Below the pieces are notes generated by a model. That model searched no databases. It saw only the letters and a program-made list of their open reading frames with translations, and was not told the origin of the DNA. Source: Ophelia neglecta (lineage: Eukaryota). Taken from it: a stretch of DNA of 64,000 bases. A program made the translations under genes and the position numbers. The stretch is from the NCBI GenBank assembly GCA_965285935.1, contig OZ260661.1:18786001-18850000 (forward strand), written 5' to 3'. Shown here in pieces: positions 40,244-53,960 of this stretch (position 1 is its first letter; each line of letters starts with the position of its first letter).

Positions 40244-42310
40244 AGTATTCGTAAAATGATGCTACTGAAATCATTATTCAACCAGCCCTAAAAGGTATCA
40301 TTCAACTCACATTAGTCACAGCCAGTTGTCCCTTGCCTGATTCTCCTATGCGTGAAGACATAGTGCTGCTAGTGCTCTCTTCATCACTGCGCTCTTCCAT
40401 CTTGACTCCTCTGTCTGCACTCGTCTGAAAGTAGCAATCGTCTCATTGGTAATCATTATGCCATTTCCAGATGTAGCTCATTTACAAACACTAGTTGGGG
40501 GTTGATACTTTTCCGCTGTTATCCGCCATTAAACTTTAGCTGAATATTGAATGTTTCTATTGAATCGATTTAAACAAGATTTTTTCTCCTTCAATAACAA
40601 TGGCCGGTATAGATCTACACCACAAGTCTTGGTTAATTTGCTGTATTGTCATTATTGAGCCTTCAGAATCCAAATATATTACATATAATTGCAGGCCTAG
40701 ACATTTGTGCCAAATTGTACATATAAATAAGGGAATGCAGGTCGATATTACAGACACTAGTGCAAATTTATAAAACCACCCCCCACCCCCACCCCCTGCC
40801 ACGAATCGGCTTTCTGGTCTGACCGAACAGATGCACCAAGTGGTACCCCGGGACACCCTTATTTGTGGGGTATGCCGTGTTTGCAGTGTTTCATCATTTC
40901 AATGCATCAAATCCCGTTGTTTAATTAAATGCACTTACTAATCATTTGTTGTCCTGGCCCCCCACACCCGGGACTTACTATATGGGGGATTTACTGTTTT
41001 GGCTGGGGTAATTTGAGGGAGTTCCCTTCACCTTGGAGGAATGTCTACATTATAAATTGGTGCATGTAGCTTCACAGCATGCAGCCTGGTTTGTGCACTG
41101 GCTACGCCTCAGCGTAGGCATTACTTGCCGGTACTGCTGTTCTTTGAGGATATATATATATACATATATACGATAATATAGTCTCCTGGGTGGGTAGGTG
41201 GGGACAACAAATGAATAGTTAGTGTATTAACTGATTAACGAGTGTTGAATTTCACTTTAAAATACCCAAAACAGGTTTTATTTTGGCCAATAGTGGCTAA
41301 TATTTGGCATTCTATAGAGAAAAATCTTATTTGAAAAAGTTTTGCAGCTTTACGAAACAATATTATAGTAAATTATCTGATTCTAAATAATAAACGTTTC
41401 ATCATTTATCGGCTACACTATAGGCTACGGATTTTGCAGCAATTTTTTTTATAAATTATCAGATTATTGTATAGACCCATAGAATCTAAGTGTAAAATGT
41501 AATGCACAAAATTGACCAATTCACGATCAATACCTGCCTATACAGTATATATACTGCCTAGTTTTATCACGTAGGGTCGCATATGATTTCTTTCAGGCCT
41601 TAGCAAATTAATTGATCAATAGTATTCGTAAAATGATGCTACTGAAATCATTTTTCAACCAGCCTTAAAAGGTATCATTCAACTCACATAAGTCACAGCC
41701 AGTTGTCCCTTGCCTGATTCACCTATGCATGAAGACATAGTGCTGCTAGTGCTCTCCTCATCACTGCGCTCTTCCATCTTGACTCCTCTGTCTGCACTCG
41801 TCTGAAAGTAGCAATCGTCTCATTGGTAATCATTATTCCATTTCCAGATGTAGCTAATTTACAAACACTAGTTGGGGGTTGATACTTTTCCGCTGTTATC
41901 CGCTATTAAACTTTAGCTGATTATTGAATGTTTCTATTGAATCGATTTAAGCAAGATTTTTTCTCTTTCAATAAAAATGGCCGGTATAGATCTACACCAC
42001 AAGTCTTGGTTAATTTGCTGTATTGTCATTATTGAGCCTTCAGAATCCAAATATATTACATATAATTGCAGGCCTAGACATTTGTGCCAAATTTTACATA
42101 TAAGTAAGGGAATGCAGGACGAAACAATATTATAGTGAATTATCTGATTCTAAATAATAAACGTTTCATCATTTATCGGCTACACTATAGGCTACGGATT
42201 TTGCACCACATTTTTTATAATTTATCAGATTATTGAATAGACCCATAGAATCTAAGTGTAAAATGTGATGCACAAAATTGACCAATTCACGATCAATACC
42301 TGCCTATACA
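40244..42310. repeat. Internal direct duplication including the putative first coding exon of the ParB-like gene (40244-~41540 vs 41621-42310)
   Basis: agtattcgtaaaatgatgctactg...gggaatgcagg and gaaacaatattatag...cctgcctataca both repeated; the second copy lacks ~0.6 kb from the middle. Confidence 0.9.
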
Positions 42311-44531
42311 TGGTAGTCACGCCCCTGAGGCCCCCTTGGCACAAGTATTAAAACATGGTTCTATTGTATTCCACTGCTTTACGGTTACGCTATCAGGCCA
42401 TGGACTGTCAAATAAAGCACGTCTGTCACGGTGGTCGCACACACAGAAAGATCACAACAAGCTGACAAACGGGCCCCTTGACATTTTCATGCGCGCCCAC
42501 CAGATCAAGAAAGTAGGCCTACGCCTATTCTTGTATTCTTTTTATCATAACCTGATAACTGGCCGAGTGCCTTGGCACCGCATATTTTACACACTACTGA
42601 ACTGCCTTCTTCGTGGTCACAGGGTTGCCAAGTTCGCGGGAAACTTTGCAGGCTTTTGGTCATTAGCAGGCATGCCAATTTGGCACAAGTTTTAATATGC
42701 CTGACCCTTGCTAAAACCTACCTGTCAGTTCATATCACTCGATTCTTTCCTACGGTTTATGGTTTTATCAGTGATTATTCTACAAACATATAAAGAATTA
42801 AAGAAAAAAATTAAAGCCTACCTTGATTGAACACTAGGAACTGAACAGCTGAAACACGTCCTGAGCTGCTGAGATGCGGACACATACGGTAGGTTATAAA
42901 TACGCCTACTCAGCTGATACTACGGCATGTGGCAGTGTGTACCAAGTCACCAGGTCACACGGAAGTTCCAAATATGTGGACGAGTTCAACTCCTTTCCTG
43001 GTAAATTTGGTCGCTGACCACATTGTCGAACGGCTCTTGACTCGTGCCACCAGAAAAGGTACCTTAAGGGTCCAGACATGGAAAATGAGATTTTGTCAGA
43101 AATGAAATCTCCAGGTTTCACTGATTTCAAATATATATAGTTTATGGGGTCTATTTAAATTTTCAGATGTAGAATTTGGATGATTTTTGAATGATGTTTG
43201 ATCTCAATGATTGATTATTTCACTGCTTTGATTAATTTGGACCCCTGTACCCCTCTAGTACTGAATTTTGTGGCGGAATTTTCAATGAATATGAACATGT
43301 TTAATCAATTTGATATATCTTTGGCAATATTTGATCAAGACTTCTATTATTTTCCATGGGGACATCTAACACAGTAAGGATGTGAACAGTGACATCACAG
43401 AGGCCAACCTGCCTGGTTGCCATGGTAACCAAGGCCCAGAATACTTAAAAGTCACATATTTTATTGTTTTAAGCTGATTTTTATTGTTTTATGTATTATT
43501 ATTTATAAATATTTTACAGCAAATTTCAGAAATGTGTTTTTGGCAACAGTTAGGGTAGGAAAACACCTAGATGGGCACTAGAGGGTCTATACCATGAGGG
43601 CTGAAAGTAGAATGAGAAAGGAATTCTGCAAAGTGCCAGGAAAAGTCTGCAGTAATTCAAGAAATTTGCAATGAATATGCATATTCGTATAGTATACTGT
43701 ATGTTCCTCCTGGTGTGGCAAATTAACATACTTTTACAGAACATGCACCATTAGATGGGGCTTGAATACAGTGACATCACACAAGGCAACCCGCATGGTT
43801 GCCATGGCAACCAGGATCCAAATCCATAAAAATCACTAGTTTTGCAACAATTTTGCACAGAAAGCAATGTTATCTTAGTTCAGATGGCATTAAAAATGAA
43901 AACAATCACAAAATAAGTAGGAAAACATGCCTTATTGTTAAATTTAATATGAGAAGTGGCAGTGGGGGCAGAGGCCAGAACTAGACTGCTCAGCCCTGAA
44001 AGTGGCTGGAATTTCTTTCAGGTTGTCATGGAGTATAATTAGAATACCTATTGTGAATTTGTATATATATTTTTCTGCTGCTATGTTTCTGCTGGATGTA
44101 TTTTACTGCAGGCTTGCCTAAAATGAGGTAGGCTATTGGAATTGAGAATAATGATATTGTCTACAATGAATTGTGTGGTTGTCATGGTAACCATGGCCAT
44201 GCATCCCCGAAAATATATATCAGTTCCCTCTTTTTGGACCTAACAGTTCTGTTTTCACAAGATTTAGCAAATCAGAAGGAGATATTGCCAAACAATATAT
44301 ACATTGTATTGGTTTATTTGACTGTGACCTAAGGCCTTGTGCCCGGATACATACATAAATACATTTAGTAAATGATGGTTACCACTTACATAGGGCTTGA
44401 GGTTTATAAATATCTGTAGTTACATGTATATAGCCTCTGACAGGTTTCACAAAATACATCTAGAGTCTATTCACCATTTTTTGAGAGAGTAAAAACTTTC
44501 ACACATTTAATACAATGTCCACAAATGTAGT

Positions 44532-47500
44532 TTAAGGGGCTGGGCACATAACATCTTTGTTTGCTGATGCAAAGAATGGTCTCAGCTTGTGAAATCTGTA
44601 TTCCTTCCTGTCTTGTGACAGGCCTCCTGGGTGAACAGTGGCTGGCTTGTCCTGAAGTAGGCGTTCAATTCTGGCATTCCTCTTCAGAAGGCGCCTAGTT
44701 ACCGGTTCTGAATCCGGGCCTTGGCTACACAGAACAAAACCAGGTTCGATGTCAGGCCCGAAGGAAAAATGGTGATACGCTGTGATCCCTGAGAAAGACC
44801 ATTAACAAGGGTTTAGAGAGAATCATTATGTCTCAAAAACGAAAGTTTTGAGACATACTGTTTTTGTCATTATTATTTTTTTTTATTTTTTTTTTTATTT
44901 TTTTTTTCTTCGGTGTTTTTTCGTAACAGTTTTCGGGGTGAAGACATGGTCCGGGGGCCCTGAAATTTTAGCGGTCCTCATGTCTTGGAAGACGTGAGCG
45001 AATCTCCCTCTGGCAAAAATTGGCGCCTAGCCAAAACGAAATGGCGGCCACTTTGTCGTTTTTTATACTTTTGCTGTCTTGACAAAACCGCTCAACGAAT
45101 TTCCGCGAAACTCGCGTGAGACAAGCATATAGTTTGCCCGACCTCAGCCCTGAAAAAAAATGGCCGACGAAATTTAACCTTTGGAAATTAATTAAGATTT
45201 CATAATTCAAAGTTCAAACTGCATTAAGTAAACTAAGCAAAGAAATGAATACATAAGCATGGATATAATGTATGCAAATCCTACTATATACAAATGTATT
45301 TATTCAAAAAGAAATTTCAATAATGAAAGGAATAAACAAACACACTTTTCTGGATAATGCTTTAAATAAATATACACCTTTTAGAGGCAAAAAATACTTC
45401 TCCAGGAATGGCTTCCACAACTTCCAAGGGAAATCTCTCAAGATGACTGCGCTGTTCCCCTTGTCACCATGAGCAGTGAAGCAGCTTTTTAGATCTTCCA
45501 CCGTTTCAATATCATTGCTGCAAATCATTAAACATGTGATTTAGTGTGGACTAAACCTTCCGAATATATTTACTTTTTAATAATGATTATACTATTTAAT
45601 GATTATACAGAGGGTTTCTTGTCAAACTGATGTTTAAAAGCTTTAAGGAAATACAGTGCTGTTTGTAATAATCATACTTTCTATACTTCCGTTTTCCCTG
45701 TCCAAAGCCTGCATCTACCAAACACCTAGTGTGCCCTGCAACCTGGAAATGCATGGACATCTTTCTATTCCTCCTCTGTAAATTTTTCATACACAAATAT
45801 GCCAGTGTGTATCTGTTCTTGTTTTGTCCTATAGAAATAGAGGGATAAAAACCAATTACTCCCTTAGAAAGTGGCTGCATCCAGTACATGTATTCATACA
45901 AGTGAACATTGGTTAAGTGAGCATTTTCATATGCCTAACCACATCCATCAAACTCAGAATTGAATGATTATATTTCTAACCTGTACAATTATCTGCATGA
46001 AGTGACAGCTCCTTATTATCGTCATCATACATGCTGAGATGGTGGTCAAGAATGCTCAATATAGTGTCTGGGCCGTGGGTTCCCCCTCCATCAGGCTGTA
46101 GTGACTCACTCTCTTCTATGAGGTAATTCATCTGTTTGTAGCATCCCTCAGATGCCACACCAAATACCTATGTTGAAGTGGAATATTCAATATTCACAAC
46201 TTAATGGTTAATCAATACAAATGCTGAAATATTCCTGATAAATTCATAATAATGTATTTTTTATACTATTTGAGAAATAACATTCTTATATAGTCATGAT
46301 AGAAATGGAAACAAACCTGCACTTTTATTGGATTTTCAAAATAAAGAGCACCTCGCTGACGGACATGTTGTGGGAGGGTACAAGGTTGTGCATAGTCAAA
46401 TGTCAGATGGTTTGAAGCACCATCCCTAGCTCTGTTCACCTGTGAAATTGAGAGATTGCTGCTGTCATTATGAACCATTACTTCATAAAAATGATTTTAA
46501 TTTCAAATCAAAAACAAAGCATGTGATGGAAGTTATATAGATTAAGCAGTACATGGCAGGCCATTTTTTTTACTTTATCAATGCAACCTTGGAATACATG
46601 CCTCATCATTATAGAAAATCCTTTCTGTTGATGCATCCTGCATATGTTTGTACAGGTTGTCTGCCAGAGATTTTTTCCTCATCTGTTTCTGCTTCCTGAA
46701 AATGTAATTATGTTCTCACACCTTGATATATTTTAATATCATTAAATGTATATTAATCATAAATTGTATCCTTCCTATACAGTTATATCACTGCCATCCA
46801 AGCCTGAATGCACAAGTTGTAAATTGGCACCTAATAATTAATTGCGAATGATGTGTGGGGAGAGTAGGATTGGAAGTTTTTAATTTTTTTAAACCCGCAA
46901 CTTGCAAGGCTTTGCAAAGGTATAAAATGCAGGAACTGGGGAAGCTTATATATGGGTTGGAGGGGGACAAAAACCAGTTCCCCCACCCCCAATCACCCTT
47001 TCAAATGGAATATGCCTTAATGTAAAATTAATAACTCATATTAACAGCTGTCCTTAGCGTCTCGCATTTGGTACAACAATCCATCCTTTGGGGGGAGATC
47101 TGTATATGTGGACAAACAGACTGCCATACATTCTGAAAGGCTGTGCGCTCAAACTTTTTTCTCTGTGCATCTATGCAGGCCTACAAAAAGTGTACACAGT
47201 GAATCGTTAAATTATGACTCATCTTCTGCTGGAAAGGAAACTTGTCTTTAAGGATAATCTATTAAAGTATATTAATCTTCACCTCTTTGTATTTTTGGTG
47301 GACTCTCAATTTGTCATAACCAGTTGGGAGGTGAACTTTGGCTAGCTCAGAGGTGTGGCCTGTAGTTGGCTGCTGCAGTCCCTTCGTTTTTGCAAAATTC
47401 TTCAGGAATTCAACAATAAATGTACAGTCTTCAAATGTCATGGTATGCCAAGGTCTTCTATTTTTGTTCCCATGAGTTCTGGGAATGCAACCTGAAAAAA

Positions 47501-49556
47501 ACACTTAAATGGTGTAACATCATTCAACAACATGATAATTTGTTTAACATAGCCTATGGCTCTAGTATAGTTTTACTCCCCATATTTTTGACATAAATAA
47601 TCCAATATATGCATTTACTGAACCTATTTAGGCTAGCCGGTTCCGGAAATCAAAAAGTACTTCATTCAGTACACCTTTACTGTCAGGATAAAAACATCAT
47701 TTTTATGTTTTATAAATGTAAACCAATTTATATTATATAATATTAAATATTAATTTATTAAGACAAAAAAGTATCACTGTACCATTTTCATTCATGTGTG
47801 ACCTTATATTTCGCAACTTCCTCTCTTTAATGTCATATGTTAGACAAAAAAAAGACTTGCAAATATCATCACCCTGAAAACTATAGCAATATCTGCTCCT
47901 TTTCTTTCCATTTGTTTTCTTCAAGGAGCTAGAAGTTAAAATGGAAAAGATGTTATTGCTATGTACTTATCGCTACAAATTAATACTACATTTCATGCCT
48001 CTTAATTTAACTACCGGGTATGTATGGTAACTGTTAACTGTTGAGACCTGCCATATGCCATATGCCATGGAACTTACCCACCTTAAAGAAATGTGATGTT
48101 AAAATACAATTCCTTCGTCTGTTTTATAAACTTGACGATTGTACTATTTATTTTTGGCTCAGTTGGTAACCTTAACTGTCAGTAGGCCATGCTAGCTTGG
48201 GACTGCATGTATTCCAATAAACTGAACATTTAAAACATACCTTCGAGCCAGAAGAACACCCATGATTAAGGACTCCCTGTGTGATGCTGGTGCAGCCCGA
48301 AGATCCTCAACATGGTTAATAATAACTGACAGATCAGTCTTGTCAACGCATCTTCAATTTAAGAACATTGTCAAGGCTTTGATAATAAAAGGGTAATAAA
48401 AAATAATTATTAATTTGTAGTCTGCAATATTTCCTAGTAGGAAGTAGTGAAATGTGCAATGCAATCATGTCTACAGGTTAGACAGTTATATGTAGGGACA
48501 TGGGTTGGCCCAAAAAAATTAAAATTGACTATTAAAAGATGAACACTACACGTAAACTATATTGAATGAGATTACCATTTACAAAGTCATGCTCTTAAAT
48601 CCTTGTTTTTTATAAACATAAAATAACAAATCAATCTAAATTACAGCTGATAACCTCACTACGGTAGTATGCCTTTACCTTTCTCTTTTAGCTTATTGTA
48701 CACAGCCTGCAACTCATCCCTGAGAAGATTCCCTTGGCTGCTTTGTGGTGGCTGGTCAAAAGTGACAGAATCTGCATCATGAGGCACTTCATCGTCATTT
48801 GCTTCTTCTTCAACCTCCTCGTCACTGTCCCATATATCAGTATCAGCATTCTCAGGAGAAAAAACCTATTTGAAAATTAAATTTTCAAAATATTGCTTTA
48901 AAATGCCTATGGATTAAACAGAAAAAAATATTCTAGGGCAGTTTCCATGCTGAGAACAATTTAAAGTACATCTGCTGCGCCTGTATTATGAAGTTCTTCC
49001 CCTACGCCATTAACTTAGTACTGTACTCCAAAAGATTCCACACATAATTTGATAGCAATTAAGCTATTTCAACAGTGATATGTCCATAAACAGATAAATT
49101 AGATAGGAATTTTCCTAAAATGGAGTGTAGATTGTCTTATTTCATCTGGAATGGCTTGGGAACCTATGGATGATTGGGAACTCTGACTCATTTCGGACAC
49201 ATAGGTTATAGTTCTTTGCTCCAGGACTTCGTCTTCACTGGGGGTCTGTTCTTGTTCCCATGAGTAATCGTCATCTTGTAAATTACCTGATAATTTAAAG
49301 TAGAAAACATCATGCTGGACATTTACCTACCTGTGGCTGCTGATTGTCAGCAGAGGGACCTGCTTGCATTAATTGCTAGGTCCTATAGATATTATGAACA
49401 CAAGGGAAAGATTTGTACTTAATTTGTGAAGAAATGAATCTGTTGTACTCACTGTCTTCAAGGTCTGTGATCTTCTGCAGAGCTGCCAACACTGCTCCTC
49501 TCTGTCTTGGCCTTACAAAGGTGGCCAAGTATTCGTCCAGGTCTGCATATTGTTCC
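44532..49556 (-). pseudogene. Multi-exon Sola-like transposase (about 13 exons; start exon unresolved)
   Basis: YSFQGDDICKSFF...ENG/CIPRTHGN; FQNVWQSVCPHIQI..DCCTKC; LTFDYAQ...LYFENP; NYLIEE; LHADNCTG/QNKN; FQVAGHTRCLVDAGFG; WKPFLEKYF; YHHFSF; GLSQDRKEY...KDVMCPAP*. Confidence 0.82.
44826..45230 (+). mobile_element. Probable 5' fragment of a second HINE-like element in the last transposase intron (also at ~59283-59690)
   Basis: tatgtctcaaaa-acgaaag-ttttgagacata palindrome followed by a T-rich microsatellite; no 3' end found. Confidence 0.5.
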
Positions 49557-51678
49557 TGGAATTACAGCATACAATTTGTTATCATATGGAATAATTCCAG
49601 ATAGCATGGCAAGCTAGCTGGTTTAGGCAATTTTTGCTGCTTTTGATTAATTTACCAAAATTTTATATATCTTGTGGGAACCGAGTTAAAAACTACTTAA
49701 CAAAAGTATAGGCCTATAGTGGACACATACTTTGTCATACCGATCACGGCCTTCCTGCAGGGTTAGCCTGGACATCATTGAAAAACTGGGAAACTGGAAA
49801 ATAGTTGAAAATATGCATTATACATTTTTTTTATCTTAAATAGGAGGCTCTTCAAAAGAAGAAGGCACAAGAAAAAGAACACCCCCTCCCCCTCGACCAC
49901 ATGCTGCAATAAAAACTGCATGATCATTGTGGCCTTACATAGATCTATGTTTTGGCATGCTGCATGTATCCCTGCCATAAGCTCATCATAAGCCTGACTT
50001 TAGACATTTTATCCATGGCAATGGTGATTTTGATACGACATAGCCCAAGTGACAGAAAAAGATTCACCAAATCAGACTGATGGTTCCAAAACATGAGAAC
50101 CGTCAACGTCTGTCCGTCACTGGCCTAATATATTTGATAATCCTGATAAACTGATAAAACGAGCCCCCCCCCCCCTCCCCCCTCGGGGCCGGGAAGGTGC
50201 CATCGGCCCATTGCTGCATGAGCGATAATCAGATAGATATCTGTTTGGATTTTTCGCTTAATGAAGCAAATTCCATTTAATAACTAGGATCACGGCCACA
50301 TCACATCATGTTTATCAAGTAAATTTCAACTAAACCACGCAAGTACACGCTATAAACTGATAAACTTCATGAATACGTATAACAGTATAGATCTAAGGTC
50401 CTAGATCCCGGGTTACCGGTACCTAGCATGCTAGTGCATATTGGCCTACCAGGTTGCCGTATGTCCCAAGATGCATGAAATTGAAGTCAAAAGCGAAGAA
50501 AACCATTTCAAAAATTATTTATTTATAGGCCTATGTATCTCCCCTTCACTAAATTCGGGTAGCAAACAAAATCACGGCCGAGGACCCCGCCGCCGCAAGG
50601 CCGCCCCAAGCGCCTGAGCACATGCATGTACGACATGAACAAAATGTAGGTCACAGAAGCACCTGCATCAAAACCTGCTGCGCGGGCTTACTCTGCCGGA
50701 ATTAGACATGAATTTATAATAAATATATGATACCACTTACCTTTAACAGCTGTATAATCTATAAACCTGCTCCTATTCTATTAAATCTGAGAATAAACAC
50801 CGAAATTCTGCATAACACGCACTCGCAAACAACGACTTGCAAGTTTTGCCGCCACGAATTTCACTGCGTAGACAAAATGACGTCATACCGCAAAATGAGG
50901 TCACAGAGCTTAAGGTACCTTTTCTGGCGACACGACAAAGAAATAATGACAAATATATCTGCATATATTTACTAGCCATTATTTCGAGATATTGTTAATT
51001 TTAACAGCACGTGTTGCACCAACACAATTACCGAAATCTGAAGCACAAGCAAACAACATTTTTAGTAATTATTTTCTGAAGAAAAATGACAAGTTTGATT
51101 ATCATACATGATCCAATGTGGGGTAAAATTATTTATTACAGATACTTACTATTTTTCATCATCTTCATCATAATCAGCTAAATGCTTTTTCTTAGCCCTG
51201 GCCTTAGCCCTAGGCTTGGCAGCCTTGGGCTTACTAGTAGCTGTGGATTCAACAGGCTTCTCTGCCAAATCTTTTTCCGACGTCTTCATTTGAGCGATAG
51301 TCCTGTACAAGACTTCCCTCGTTTTTCTATGTTCTCCTAGTTCCTGCTGAAGTAAACAAAGAAAGGTTTTTGTGATAAAAACCTGATGTCAACAACGTCC
51401 TTATTATTCTTTTTTTAAAACTAATATGAACCATTACTTACGTCTCGTTTCTCCTAGATGCTTTTAAATTCTTCATCTTTTTTTTCAGTCCACGTTTCAT
51501 TTCCTCCAAGATTTCCTTATGCTTCATTTCCTCCAAGGCTTTCTGATGTTTCATTTCCTCCAAGGTTTTCTGAGAGAGAGCAGCTTCCTGTCAACAACAG
51601 CTTACATATAACGGCCAAAGAAATTGATTCCACAGGCATCATTTTAACTCTACAATTTGTTTCATTATCGTCTTATTA

Positions 51679-52007
51679 GGGACGGACCATTCAATATCTG
51701 GGGGGGGGGGGGCGACAAATTTAAAAAAAAAATTGTTTGTTTCTGGTTATGCATAAAAAAAATTGTTTGTTTCTGACTCTGGAAAAATTAAATTGTTTGT
51801 CTGATATTTTCTTTAAAATTTTTTTTTTTTTTTAAAGTTTGATCAAGGCTAGGGAAAATATATTTGACAGAGATTTGTTAGAAAAAAAAATTGTTTGCTT
51901 CCCAGATAGGAAAAAATAAATTGTTTGTTTGTCCAAAGCTAGAAATTTTTTTGTTTCACTAGAAAATATTTTGTCCCCCCCCCCCCAAATATCTAATGGT
52001 GCGTCCC
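51679..52007. mobile_element. Tourist-like MITE (duplicate of 37481-37818)
   Basis: TIRs and TTA TSD. Confidence 0.92.
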
Positions 52008-53618
52008 TTATGTTAAAAGCGTAACAAAACAAATTATATAACAGAATATGTAAAGGGTGTTTAGGTCCCGAGTTGTTACAAGTGAAAGAAATACAAGTAT
52101 TCCTCATTCAGGTAGTTTTTCATTGGCTATTCCAAGCATTTGGTTTAATATTACAGTACACAGTCAAAGTCAGCTAATTTTGAGATACATTATGATTAAT
52201 GTGATCACTTTGATTTCGAAACTTACTAAACATTGCACCAATGTACTTAAAATATGGTCCTTACTTGCTGATCACGCTTGCCAGGCTTGTTGCCAAGGTT
52301 GTGACGTTCAATCCGCTGTTCTATCCACTCCGGTTCATTTTCTGGAGGGTAATCTGAAGTGTTAGTGCCCTTCCTCTTTCGCTTATTACTATGTTTTGTA
52401 CTATCACTGGCCACATTACTGGCACAAGAGTTAGCTTCATCATCCTGAAGGACTTGGTGTATCTGCTGCTAAGACACAAAAATCAAAGAACACGTTAAAT
52501 ATAAAGATGTAATCAAAAGAAAACAAATGATGCCACTGTCATCAAATTTTTTCAATTATAATCATCATGTTTAGGTTTAAATGTCTCAAATCTTTGGCAA
52601 ACAAACGTGTCACTTGCTAAACTGTGGCAAACGGCTCAGTTTATATCAGTTGCCTTCTAAATTAATTAACGCATACCTCAAAACTGTTAGATATACCAAA
52701 GCATGTAACTATCATGATATGATCGAATAAAAGATACCTTTAGGTTACTCTTGTCTCCTGTTTTTATGAATTGATCAAGCTGTCTTTGGAATTGGGCTGA
52801 ATTGTCACGTATAGTTGTCCTTAAGTCCCGGAATGAGGAAGCAGTTACTTGGTTAGCTGCCAAGTATGGCTCAATGGCAGCAAAATTCTCCTCACTGAAA
52901 CGGGCCAATAGCATAAGATTCTGGAGACGTTGAGTTTCATATCGCTTCTTTCCCTGAAGTTCCTTCTTTTCCTTTGGAGTAATTGTCTGCATTTTCTTCT
53001 TTTTAATATCACTGTCTGCCCCCTGTGGAAAAAGTACACATTTACAGTCAGTTAAATCTAACAAATTAATATAAAGTTTAAAGAAGCGCTGGGGTGGGCA
53101 TACAACTGTTTTGGTTTCAGATGACCATGCTACATGCATTGATTCCAAATTGGAACATTAAAAAATGTTTCAAAATAATAATACCAGTAAATTTGATATT
53201 AATAGCATCTGCAAATTGCAAAAGTAATCAAAACATAAAATTATGCAATAATATATTCATTATTTAAGCTATTTTCATAAAAGTTCCTTTTGCGGTTGCT
53301 ATGTATAAAAAATGTACATACTGCCACATTTAAGGTCCGGTAGATGATCTTGTTGTATTCAGTCATGCTGGTTGATTCAGACTTTGGATAATTTTTCATA
53401 ATTCGCCGAATGACTTTTATAATTTCCAGGTCAGTCATAGCTTTATGGACCTCATCTTTCAGGTTCTCTCGCATTGAGAGTCCTTCATACACATTGGCAG
53501 GTATTGTGGGGTATCTGTTTGAACCATATATTTGTCCCTGATTTTGTTGATGGCTGCAACTCTGTGGTTTCGTCAACCACTACGTTTATATGCCGCTTTA
53601 TGCTGTCTTCTACCTTTA

Positions 53619-53960
53619 GGGACGGACCATTCAATATCTGGGGGGGGGGGGGGGCGACAAATTTTTTTAAAAAAATTGTTTGTTTCTGGTTATGCATAAA
53701 AAAAATTGTTTGTTCCTGACTCTGGAAAAAAATAAATTGTTTGTCTGATATTTTCTTTAAAATTTTTTTTTTGTTTTTAAAGTTTGATCAAGGCTAGGGA
53801 AAAAATATTTGACAGAGATTTGTTAGAAAAAAAAATTGTTTGCTTCCCAGATAGGAAAAAATAAATTGTTTGTTTGTCCAAAGCTAGAAAATTTTTTGTT
53901 TCGCGAGAAAATATTTTGTCGCCCCCCCCCCCCCCCCCCAAATATCTAATGGTGCGTCCC
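53619..53960. mobile_element. Tourist-like MITE, complete, in the ParB-like exon
   Basis: TIRs and TTA TSD at 53616-53618 and 53961-53963. Confidence 0.92.

Larger units (their letters stand above)
36340..40400 (-). pseudogene. Multi-exon degraded gene: ParB/Srx-like domain, coiled coil, Lys-rich linker and SH3/Tudor-like C-terminus (copy 1, the only copy with the last exon)
   Basis: Exons include MEERSDEES..., VVVD[G]NHRVAA...VYEGLSLIEA*TLSMRENLKDEVHKAMTDLE, GADSDIKKKK...SNLK, EAALSQKTLEEMKH..., QELG...DDEK joined in phase to (Y)PVKKYPALISVGDIVVIG...FLARVT; contains frameshifts, stops and a MITE insertion. Confidence 0.65.
36737..50934. repeat. Tandem segmental repeat, unit 1 (14198 bp)
   Basis: acaaagaaataatgac... 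starts at 36737, 50935 and 63631; near-identical ORF sets at matching offsets. Confidence 0.97.
43042..50935 (-). mobile_element. Sola-like (Sola1-type DDD) DNA transposon, copy 1
   Basis: 27-bp TIRs tcgtgccaccagaaaaggtaccttaag (43042-43068) and cttaaggtaccttttctggcgacacga (50909-50935), 2 mismatches; encloses a spliced transposase; no TSD because the right flank is the repeat junction. Confidence 0.8.

Noticed and set aside
36340-40400. DNA methyltransferase fused to the ParB-like domain
   Set aside because: No DPPY/NPPY or FxGxG-type motifs found in the downstream exons I translated
40755-41295. CACTA-like element (cactagtgcaaatttataaaacc ... ggttttattttggccaatagtg)
   Set aside because: The inverted match is weak, no TSD is present, and the ends do not coincide with the deletion seen in the duplicate copy
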